From: Nageia nagi | Lineage: Eukaryota; Plantae; Pinophyta | Reading direction: 5' to 3' | Assembly (NCBI GenBank): GCA_050084985.1 | Contig: JBITNC010000001.1 | Location: 198,028,001-198,092,000 of the forward strand | DNA length: 64,000 nucleotides | Notes under the pieces: model-generated | Databases searched by the model: none | The model's input: only the letters and a program-made list of their open reading frames with translations | Told to the model about the DNA's origin: nothing | In this document: positions 11,458 through 22,200 of the stretch, one piece after another | Layout of the letters: the number at the start of each line of letters is the position of its first letter | Position numbering within the stretch: the first letter of the stretch is position 1 | Program-made: the position numbers and the translations under genes

Positions 11458-13990
11458 ATGGCATTAGTCGCACAAAATATCAAAGTCAGAAAGCAAAGGA
11501 GGCTCACAATGAACAGCCCCATCACGCTTGAACATACAACAGAGCCCATGTTGCCTACCGCAAGGATCATTGACCAATTGGGTGAAATTGGAGATACAGA
11601 TTGTAACTCCCTAGATCCAATAAGACTTTAATGAAAATACAAACACTGGATCCAACTACATTAGTAAAGGACACATTGAAAACCTCCTTACTAGTAGCAG
11701 TTTCTATGGTGCCATTTGCCTCACCCTTCTCCGAGTTGTGCTACAAGCTAGGAAAGCATTGTGACACCCAAAGGCGTATCATATAGCATGCAAGACTCCC
11801 TAAGGTTCTACAAAAGTCAGAAACCTCCATCTGATTGGATCAGAGATTGGTTGGTTGATGATCGCAAGCATCTCACAGGTAGAGCCTTAGCATCGCCTAA
11901 TAGAGGAGAATTCTATCCAATAGTATCTAGACTTATATCAATGCTTTCCAGAGTGATCGGACAAAAGGATGACACCAAATTCTAGCCAAAATTCACTGGG
12001 TTTATAGATCTAATCAATGGTAGTAAATGCATAAGGTGGAGGAAAGTGATTAGTGATTCCTTGGCTCAGCAACTGAAAAATGTTCAGAGGAGCAAGAAGT
12101 TCTACATGAACTCCTACCTGGTTTACCTACTCCTTCATGGTAGGGAGACGGTAATCTCTATTGTAAATACCAAATATTTGTACAACCCCACACACCCAAC
12201 ATGGGAAAATTACCCACGGTTCTATGCTCATAATAAATGGAACAATGAAAACTAGAAGATGATGACTTCCGATTTTGAATGCAAGATTTATGAAGAGATC
12301 ATGGACAAAAGCAATGTACATAGAATATTTGATGAAGTTGTTGCCGCCATCAAGGGACACGCGAACTTCTTTATGGAAGACATGGAATCTACATACCTCA
12401 GACTCTATGGCTCAAAAGAAGCCCCCTATAAGCTACCCTGTTATGGAAGTGATCGCCTCATCCTCAAGGAATTTTCCAAACACTTGCTTAACGTTCATGA
12501 CAAGGTATAGGTAAAGAAAGTTGAGACCACCTACCAATTACCTGTCATCATTGGGAATTATGAGTGCACCACCTGGTGTCAAATTGATATGATCAAACAA
12601 GAGTTGGCATTGTATGAATTCTGTACCGAGGTAGCTATCAATCACTATGATTCAAATGGAGTGATTAATGCATTTTTCCAGAAAATATGGAGCTCTTCAT
12701 ATCCACACCAATCCCTTGGCAATATAGAGAGGTATAGGAACATTCAAGACACCTTGCAAATTCAATGGATCCATAGAGAACTAAAAAAAGAGCAAAAAAC
12801 AACAAGAAGCCAAAGAAGCTTCCAGGTTGAAAGCCAATGCACAGGTCACAGTACCCCTGAGTCATGGGTATGTTATCCCCATAACATCACCCTCAGCAAC
12901 CTTGGCTCAAGGACAGAACACGTAGCATGCTACCAAGGGTCCACCATAGCGCACTCTTGGATTTCCAAGACACGCTTTGCTCAATCAGGAGTGGGCCGCC
13001 AAAGAGGCTCCTGATGCTCCGAATTGGCCGGATTGGATCGAGCCCAAGCTCCTGCTGTCCGGAGCAGCTCCGAAGGGGTTGAGAAGCTCCGGGAGAGGCC
13101 AAAAAAAATTGTACATGATTTTTTTTTAAAAAAAGGGTCAAAACTTAAAATAAAAAACATAGTTGGATACTTGATAGTAATGGTTTTGCTATTTTGGGCG
13201 TTTGGCATTTTGCTACTATGACATTATGATTCATTTCGATATTATGACATTATGTACTACATTGATTCAAACTTATTCATGATTTAATGACATTAGGGCT
13301 TGTTTTGATTTCTTATTTTTGCCTTTCAGATTCATACTTAATTACTATTATGATTTTATCATTAGGTTTTGTAATTTAAATTCATATTTGATAGTAAAAA
13401 TGAATTAGAAACAATGAACATGAAAAAATCTAAAAATCCTAGGTATTTTCTACTAGTCGCTCCCCTTGCCGAATCGGAGCCGCTCCCTAAAAATGACCCT
13501 CTGCCGCTCCGAACTTTCGAAGCACACTTCGCCACTCCTGATTCATCGTGGAACCTTGTATGCTACCAATAGCATCCCCAGACAAACCATTGAAACAACT
13601 ATCACGGGTACGAAGAATGGAATCATGGACCTCAGAATAGCAAGCTTGATCTCTCAACCATTCAAACACATGCGAAAAAAGATAGATCTCCCACAAGTTT
13701 TGAATCGAAGTGGCATAAGCCTAAATCTAAAACCTAGTACATCATCATCCAATTCTGACAAGTATGGACAAAGTAGCTCGTTAGAGTCCGATGAGGAGAT
13801 GGATCTTAGTATAATCATCAACACCGACATGGAAGTAAACTGAAATATTGCCTTTGATAGGGTCAACATTGATCACTCAGTAGAGATCCTTGATGAAGAC
13901 AATCTTCCATTGATATGATTGTACAACAAGCAATAGGAGCAGTCACCCCAAAATCCGCTCCTTAGAAACAAGCATCACAAATGCCATCTC
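11458..13990 (+). pseudogene. Retroelement accessory ORF, paralogue 2 (interrupted by a MITE, truncated by an LTR)
   Basis: MALVAQNIKVRKQRR...IGDTDC...SRLISMLSRVIG...IRWRKVISDSLAQQL...FYMNSYLVYLLLHG...LPCYGSDRLILKEF, with few stops and frameshifts. Collinear with 3270-4070. Confidence 0.75.
12974..13552. mobile_element. TIR-bearing MITE (possibly hAT-type)
   Basis: Inverted repeat AATCAGGAGTGG (12983-12994) / CCACTCCTGATT (13532-13543). GC-rich subterminal GCTCC/GGAGC motifs and an AT-rich core. Interrupts the host ORF between ...DFQDT and LYATNS... No clean TSD seen. Confidence 0.65.
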
Positions 13991-14002
13991 AGAGGACTAC
14001 GT

Positions 14003-16028
14003 TGTGACATCCCATTTGGACCATTGATAAATTGTGTCATGGTCACTTTGTAATCTAGTGTTTGTTCCTTGTCATGTTGTAAATGTGTAACTCAAGCAGC
14101 AGCTTATGGTCTGCGGACCCCACTATGAGCCCAGTAATGGGACGTCTCCCCTTGAGTAGTGTTGTGTTAGTTTGTATTGGGTTATCCCAAATTGTTGGAA
14201 TCCCCAGACAGGTATGAGTCTTGCATAGGCCAAAGTGCACGAAGGAGCATAGCAATGTTGGGAGGGCCCCACGTTGGGTTATGAGGCCACCTAAACCCCA
14301 CGTCAACCTTGAGAGGCCCATCAAACCCCACGTCAACCTTGAGGGCCTTTATGACCCCCACATTGACTCACTGGGCCCATGGGACCCCCACGTTAGCCTG
14401 CTTGGCCAATATCGCCCCCATGTTGGCATGGTTAACCTGTTGACCCCAACGTTGGAATAGACTTGGCTTGGGATGATATCGAGGCATGCTGGATAGACAC
14501 GGGAGGCTATATATTGAGGATGGAGCTCCATGATGAGTTTAGTTATTGATTATACTTCTATGAAACTGAACCCAATTGGGCTTACAAGTCTTGGTGGTGC
14601 CGAGCATTCTTCCTAGGCGGTGTCTAGAGGGGTGACAAGGTTGGGAGCCTGTTACTCTACGACTTAGGTGGGTCACCTAGTCCATCCAATGGTATTCCGA
14701 AGGCGGCTTCTACCTTTAGTGGTTAGCCAATGTTCGAGGAGGCTCCTTCGCAGGAGAGGATTCAGGGTTGGATGGAGTTAGTGTTTCCTGTGGTGTTCAG
14801 CTTGTATAAGGGTTTGGAACCCTAGATCTAGATATTGAGATCCTTATTGTATACCATTGCATATCATAATATAATCCATCTCATTATGTCTCTCTTCGTT
14901 GTGTTGTTCATTGATGTGTATGTGTTGTCTCTTGTATACTGTTGTTGGAAGCTCCATTGTGTTGTGTTCATATTTGTGAGGCGTTTGTTGAGGTGCCAAG
15001 TGTTACTATGTGCCCTAAAGGGCTAATGTCAGGGTGTAGGTGTTGCATGGAGGCCTTGGGAGGCTCACATTTGCATTGTGGGGTGTTAGGGTGCCCTAGG
15101 GGCCCAACGTAGCTATGCTAGCTTCAATTGTGAAGGGTTTGGGTTGCATAGTTGGAGTCGTTTGTAGTAAGAGTGATTTTAGATCATCACATACATCAAC
15201 ATCAGCACAAAAAGGTACATCAAGACCCAAGGCAGTGGCATCATCTTCAGGGGGAGATGATGTAAATCAGGAAGAAGACGAAGAAAAAGAGGACCAAGGA
15301 AGAAAAAGAAGACAAGTAGAGCACGATGATGAAATCATCGAAGATGGAGAGATGGTTCCTTACAGAACTCCACCTATGGAACCACGCTTCGATATGGCTA
15401 CAATGATGGCAAACTTGAGTTCAAACCATCCCTACGAAGGAGAAGATTCTGAAGATGAAAATGAGGAACTTCAGCAAATTGATACTCTCACTACCACTAT
15501 AGGTAAAGTCACCTACAAGGAAAAGCCCTTTTGTCGAATAGCCATGGTTGTTTGTTACTTGTTCTTAGCATTTCTCAAATAGTTAGCATGAGCACTATTA
15601 ATTCAATTTCTCATTGCAATATTAATAGAATTACATTTTATGGGTCATTATTTGTGTTATCTTGTGAGATCTTGCCCTAGTATGCTAGATTTTGTGTTTG
15701 TGGATGCTATTTTGCTAAGTTTGTGCACTTGCATGAGTATAATTGCATTTATGTGGATATTTTCTTGCATACTTGGCAGCTCGTTGGATATTTGGATGCT
15801 ATTTTGCTAAGTTTGTGTACCTAAGTTTGAACGTTGGGTCATTCTAGACCAAAACATCAAGGTTGGACTGCTTATTTGGCAATTGGAGGCTAAACGTCTG
15901 CTTCTTGGGTGCTTAGATGGGGCTTATTTAATGCATGAACAAATTCATTGCAATTATTGGTGAATTTTGATTATTTTGGTGAGGCCCTTTGGCATGATTC
16001 CGAATTGGCCCTAGTCCAGAATATCTCA
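14003..16028 (+). mobile_element. LTR (copy C), solo or recombined
   Basis: TGTGACATCCC...CCCTAGTCCAGAATATCTCA. Contains 30-bp repeats at 14267-14457. The 3' end is shared with the LTR ending at 25361. No matching TSD. Confidence 0.65.
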
Positions 16029-16894
16029 CTCTCTAGCCGGACGTCCTTCCTCCAAGGTTAAATAAAGATTCCAAGATCCACTTGAAAAATCCCAAATTAT
16101 ACTCAACGTGGAAATTAGCCAAGCAAAAATCAAAGTAATGACAAACTATGCTCCTAGGCATGCCATAAACTGATCTAGGGCATCAAGTGCATATAATATT
16201 GAGCCAAGAATGCCAACGACTCACAATACAAGCATGAACACACTAAAATTGCTCAATTTTGCAAACATGGAAGCATAAATATGTTAAACGCACAACAATA
16301 TAAGACAAATGATGAAGATCCAATGTGCCATGGTTGTATTAATGATAAATGCTGAGAATGATACAATACCAGGCCCAAGATGGCTCAACGTTGGCCTCCA
16401 AGGAGCCAACTAGGGCACACAACTATGCAAAGTTGGATACTACTGTCAAAACCTTTGTAGACGAACCACAGTCTACCAAATCTGTGGATTGCACACTGAA
16501 GGGCTTCCTCACAGACTAGCTCCCGATGAAGAGATCAAATGTAATTCCGAAATTCGACTAGATGGATTCAAAGGTGCAAACTGCTTATGGACACCTCAAG
16601 GTAGGGCAACCTCACAACACGAACATTCACCTCAACCACTAGTCAAAAGGTGTTCCAAGCCTCCTAGACTCTCCTTGGTCTACACGCCCAAGGGTGCTTG
16701 ACACCGCCAAGTCTTGATTTGTAAGAGGGGGGTTCAATATCAAAATCAAGTCTATCTCTACAATGAGACTCCAAAGCCTTAGATAACATCTCTAGATCTG
16801 GATCTTAGCTAGGTAGTCATCCCCAACCTTCCCAATCTCAACATTAGCCTTCTGGAGACCCAAGATCTCCAACATGGGTACCTAGAGGCCATAA

Positions 16895-17030
16895 ATGCCA
16901 ACATGGGGGTCCAAGGTGCCACGCATGCCAATGTGGGAGTCCAAGGTGCCACGCATGCCAATGTGGGAGTCCAAGGTGCCACGCATGCCAATGTGGGAGT
17001 CCAAGGTGCCACGCATGCCAACATGGGGGT
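16895..17030. repeat. 30-bp minisatellite ATGCCAATGTGGGAGTCCAAGGTGCCACGC, ~4.5 copies
   Basis: Three identical units (16925-17014) flanked by variant units. Confidence 0.95.
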
Positions 17031-17597
17031 CAAGCACAATGCTAGTTGTATCCTAGAGCAGTGCAAAAGAATTCCAAACGTGCAAGTTCAAGCTGGTGAA
17101 ACATCCTGCAAAAATGGATTGGAATCTCCCTTTTATAAAGGTTGCATGGAGGGTATGTGTCTGGCACATTACACGGGTGACACTTGTCTGCTTGGCATTT
17201 TCAGTCTTGGCTCCTCAATACTTGGTCAAATTTAGCTCACAATTCCTAGGGTGCACCAATTTAGAAGGGTGCTTTTTCACTACATGAAAAACATGCGACA
17301 AGATACCTAGTGTAGGAACACATCACTTGATCAATTTTTATCCTTGCTAGGGCAAAAATATTTCACATTGAAAGGTCAAATCACCACTTCATGCTAGGGC
17401 ACATCAATTCGAGCAAGTACTTTTTCATTACACGCAATCCTTGCACCTCAAATTTCCATGCATAAATGAAGGGAGAATGAATTGCACCTAAGATCCTAAA
17501 TACTTAGCCAAATTCCTCAATTTGGAGCAAGGCGCACCGTTTTGAGTGGGTCCTTTTACACTATTGAAATATCATGTGCCTAGGTCAATTAGGACAA

Positions 17598-17978
17598 ACC
17601 ATGCAAAAAAAATGAAGTGATTTTCAAAAAATGGTATCTAAGAACTAGCTTACCCTTCCTTTACTAGAAAAAATGACTCCTGGCAACTCAGATGTCCTCG
17701 CAAACCTTTATTCCTGTTGGGTGCACCATGCAAAAGAAATGAAGTGATTTTCAGAAAATGGTATTTGAGAACTAGCTTACCCTTCCTTTACTAGAAAAAA
17801 TGGCTCCTAGCAACTCAGATGTCTTCACAAACCTTTACTCCTCTTGGGTGCACCATGCAAAAAAAATGAAGTGATCTTAAAAAAATGGTATCTGAGAACT
17901 AGCTTACCCTTCCTTTACTAGAAAAAATGGCTCCTGGCAACTCAATAGTCTTCAAAAACCTTTATTCCTCTTGGGCAC
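17598..17978. repeat. 127-bp tandem triplication
   Basis: ACCATGCAAAA...GAACTAGCTTACCCTTCCTTTACTAGAAAAAATG units start at 17598, 17725 and 17852. Confidence 0.9.
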
Positions 17979-19273
17979 CCCACATTGAATGAGTCCTCTG
18001 GCACAAGGTGGAAATGGTGCGTCTAGGAAGCCTTGAACAAAATGAAATGAAGGGGTAAATAATGCAAGGGGTGACCTTCTATTTATAATTTTCAAACTTG
18101 CCACGTGTCACCTTTCTAATGGTCAAAAATGAGGTCAAATGGTAATGTTGGGATGTAGAGCGCATATTTTAAAGTGAGTGTTTTTTCATGTCCCGAAATG
18201 CATGCACCCACCAACTTGGTGCAACAAAATGACTTAGCCATTGTTTATTACCATTCTATCCTTCAAAGCTTGGTCACACCCTTTTAGAAGAGTGCAAAAG
18301 CGTGTCCCAAAATCTTTGCACCTGGGTGTAGGCACCTCTCAAAAGACTTGACTTGGAATTCTCGAAGAATTTTGGGCGCACCAATTCAGGAGAGTCCTTT
18401 TGCATGTCCTAGAAAACATACGCCTAGGCCATGGTGGAATTTTACACTTAGTCCAAAAAGCTTAATCCCGAGCCAAGACATCTTGGGGCTAGCGCACAAA
18501 AATGCATGAATGCTTTACCAATTTCCTAGAATCATGCACACAACTCCATGGCACTCTCACTGATGCAACATATTAAATTTTAATAAAAATGGCTTCCAAA
18601 AATAATTTCCAAGGTGGGGCGCACCAATTTGGAGGAGTGCCTCACCTCTCACATGAAAATAACTTAGTTAAATGAACCACGATTTGACCAAATGATTTAA
18701 AAATAAAGTTGAACCCCTTTTATAGCCTTCACCCCCATATGGACAGGTGTCATATGCTAGTTGGTGTGAATGAAGGCCCAATGCATGTCAACACACCTAC
18801 CTTCACCTCTTCCACTTGGGTGCACCTTTTTTGGTACATGTTTTTTCACTACATGAAATACATGCGCTCAAGCACAAAATATGCCAATTTTTACAAAAAA
18901 GACCAAAATGACCTCCAAAATGATGTGCAATGAGGGTAAATGCATTTTGACATAATGACAGGTGCAATTTTGGCATGAAGGGTGCAATTTGAGCACAAAA
19001 ATGCAAAAATTTACAAGAAATGTGCAAAATGAGGTTGGGCGCATCATTTTTGGTACATGCAAAGTATGGCCCCTAAACCATGAACCTAGGACAAAAATGG
19101 TGTTTTTGGACTTGTTTCAACATGAAAATGCAAATTTACCACATTTATCCTTATTTGGCTTTGAATTCATGCATTTGACTTAGAAAAAATTTCCATGCCT
19201 TTGTCTTTCATGATGATGATGGTCCTCAAAAATGCAAAATTTGGGGGGGGTGAGGTGTTGTGTAGGCACAACA

Positions 19274-22200
19274 GGAGGTTTTTTCACCCTCTTAGCACTT
19301 CATTTGGATGTGTTGCTATTAGCATTAGTTCACTACACTTCTTGGCATATGGTTGTGGGTGAATGAATGCATATTTTTGTTATAAATCAAAAATGTGATT
19401 GTGCCATAATTTAGATGAGTTGTTTGGAATAAAGAATATTATTTATGTTACATATTAGATCTGGTTAGAGTTACAGTATTTTAGTTTTGGATGCATGGTT
19501 TTTCCCTAGCTTGGGGAATGAATGTGGAATTGGAGTAACTAAATCATGCATGTTTAGCATAAGCCCTATAAGGGTACATTACAGTGGTATCAGAGCTCAA
19601 AGTCCTGCTAGCCTGTGAGGGGAATGTTCCAAGGGTTTGAAGAGATGGCTTATAAACAAGAACAATTGAAGACTATGGTAGGATTGTTAACCCAATTAGC
19701 GGAAAAAGTTGATGGGCTCTCTTAGCCCCATCAAAAGAAATCTAGGGTTACCATACAAGACCAAGGGAAAAATCAAAATGGCATGAACACAAGAAATAGG
19801 GGGATAGTTCATCCCACTTCCAAACCCATGAATGTGCAAGAGCAAGGCAAAAATCAGAAATTAGATGAAGAAATGGACACTCACTTTGCAAATTATCAAG
19901 GTAAGAGCCATGATTTCAAGCTAATCGTTTCATTTGAAAGCTATATGAACATCTTGGGAAAAAAGATTGATGAATGGAGCAAGTACTACAAGTATCTACG
20001 AGTACATATGTTCAATGGAAGCAACATCTCTATCGAGGCTTAGCTACTAAAGATGAAGACTTACTTCACTCTTCATCCCATGAATGGAAGAGATGCAATA
20101 TGATATGCTTCAAGTCACCTCAAGGACACGGCATATGAATGGTGGCATAACGGCCTTACCACTTTGGGGCATGAAAGCATTTCCACTTTTGAAGAATTTA
20201 GCCAAAGGATTCGTGAGCAATTTGAAAGGAAAAAAGAAGACGAATTTTTGAAGACTTTACTCTTCTTTGAAATGTGACAACCATGGAAGCATATGTTGGA
20301 GACCTTCAAAGGATCTCAGCAAAGGTATCCCACATTTCAGAGGAAAAAATAGTTGTTATCTTCATGGAAGGATTGGAAGAACCACTAAAAGGTTTGGTCA
20401 AAGCCTCTAAACCCTTCACTTTGAAAGATGCAATTAAAAGCGCTTTAGCACTTGAATCTTCAGCTATGTCATCTAGGGATAATTCAAAAGAGATTTATCA
20501 ACTACCCCACAAAAGAAAATCAGCCACTAATCAGGAGGAACAACTGGCTAAAAAGGTGCCATCTTGCAAGGGAAACATTGAACCAAGAAAAGGAAATTAT
20601 ACATAGATCACAAGGAACGTTGAACATCAAAACTCAAGGGTCAAAACAAAGTAACTATGAAGAATAGCACCACTTTTTTGTCCCTCACAATGCAGCCCAA
20701 AAATCATTCACAAACTCAGCTCAAGATTCAGTCCCAAATTCAAAAAGATTTGCAACTATGGATGGCACAAACATATTCTTCACCATCAAGGAAGAGTATC
20801 TCATAACAAAGATATCACATGAAGAAAACATCCCATCTTATAAAGTATGTTTAGATTCACAAAATGTTTCTTTTGAAGTGCATACCATTACTGAAGATGA
20901 TTTGGTTCATAAGCTTTGTATGGAAATTATGACAAGCAAAGAAGACATTGTCTTCACAAAAGAATCATGCCAAGAAGATGTCAAAGAGGCGGCCAATAGT
21001 GATCTTGAGCAAGAGCTCAATGTTCAAGACAATGATAGTGACACATTACTACATAAGGTTGTCAAAGAACAAAGTAATGTAGTTTTTGTGATGAAGAATG
21101 TGGAAAAGGGGCAGAAAACATTGTTGTTACAAATCCGAATTTTGAGAGCTACTCCATGGAAAAAATACAAGAATTTTGGTAGGGCAAACTTGGTGTCAAA
21201 CATGGGAGTGGAGGTCAAGGATGTTGAAGCTTCATATTTAATGTACCATAAGGAACATGACGACACCCATGACAAGTATGGATCAAATACTAATATTTGC
21301 ACACATTTGGATAGTAGGTCATGGAATGGTCTTCATACTTGCAATAAAGTTTGGAGAGAACAAATAATAGTGATTGTTTAACATGACGGACACAGTTTGT
21401 CCAAAATAAATGACTCCTTGTGACTTGTTGAGAATTTGATCTTTCATAAACAAAAAACTATCCTTACTGATTTGCAAAGTATCTTGGGCACTATGAGGGT
21501 TTTGAAGTTAATTTGTTTGCACGCATTCAATGATAGGCCACTCAGACGAAGTTCTCAAGCATATGATCAGCCAAAGATATGACAACTCTTTTACTTGGTA
21601 TGGGGTTGACATTTGTAATTGAAAAAGCAATTGATAGTCACTAGGGATAAGGACATACACATCTTATCAAAACTTGAAGAATACATAAGGTTTGTTGATA
21701 ATCGGATACCTAGTGGACAAGTTGTTTCCTCCCAAAACTTGAAGAACATGGGAGACAACATGAAGGAATTGAAGATAGTATTTTTGCATTTAATTAGTGA
21801 TAGAATGTTCATGAACAAAATATTAAAACAAGTGGAGAAGCTAAATTCTAAGGCTTTCCTTGAAGAACGCCATGATAGCTCTTTGGTCACATTGCAAGGT
21901 ACGATTTGTGCCAATATTGGGGATACATTTCTTGTTTCATGTAATGGATGCAATGCCAAGTTTAGAGAGGGATTTCAGACCTTGCTACAATAGCAAACAT
22001 CACTAAAGCAATGTATGACTACTCCTAAAAGTTATGGCAGTTGATTTCATCTCTTCAACAAAAGTACTCTTTCAATCCTTTCCATTGGGTTGCAGTAATG
22101 AAAAGAAGTAAAACGGCAGCATTGGAAGTTAGAATAATAATATCACTTGATATGATTGCATATAAAAGTGTGTTTCATAGTTCATTTGATGGGGAATATG

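Larger units (their letters stand above)
16029..19273 (-). mobile_element. Long LTR (copy B), same family as copy A, inserted into the 5' LTR of the Gypsy element at 19274
   Basis: Minus strand starts TGTTGTGCCTACACAACACC at 19273. TATA-like CTTTATAAAA near 17135. 16160-16760 also matches 62800-63475. Confidence 0.75.

Noticed and set aside
16489-16701. Conserved peptide HSPQPLVKR also encoded at 63281-63475
   Set aside because: Explained by DNA-level similarity of two LTR copies. The ORF starts and ends differ, and no codon-level constraint is evident.
16809-17235. Repeat-protein ORFs (VGVQGATHAN / TPTLACVAPW) or a CRISPR-like array
   Set aside because: These are translations of a stop-free 30-bp minisatellite, open on both strands. 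There are no unique spacers or cas genes, and the context is eukaryotic.
1300-19273. A single giant TIR/foldback or DIRS-like element bounded by 2-kb inverted repeats
   Set aside because: The arms are diverged, start with LTR-type TG, have no TSD (GTTCT vs GGAGG) and enclose no transposase or tyrosine recombinase. Two independent LTRs explain it better.
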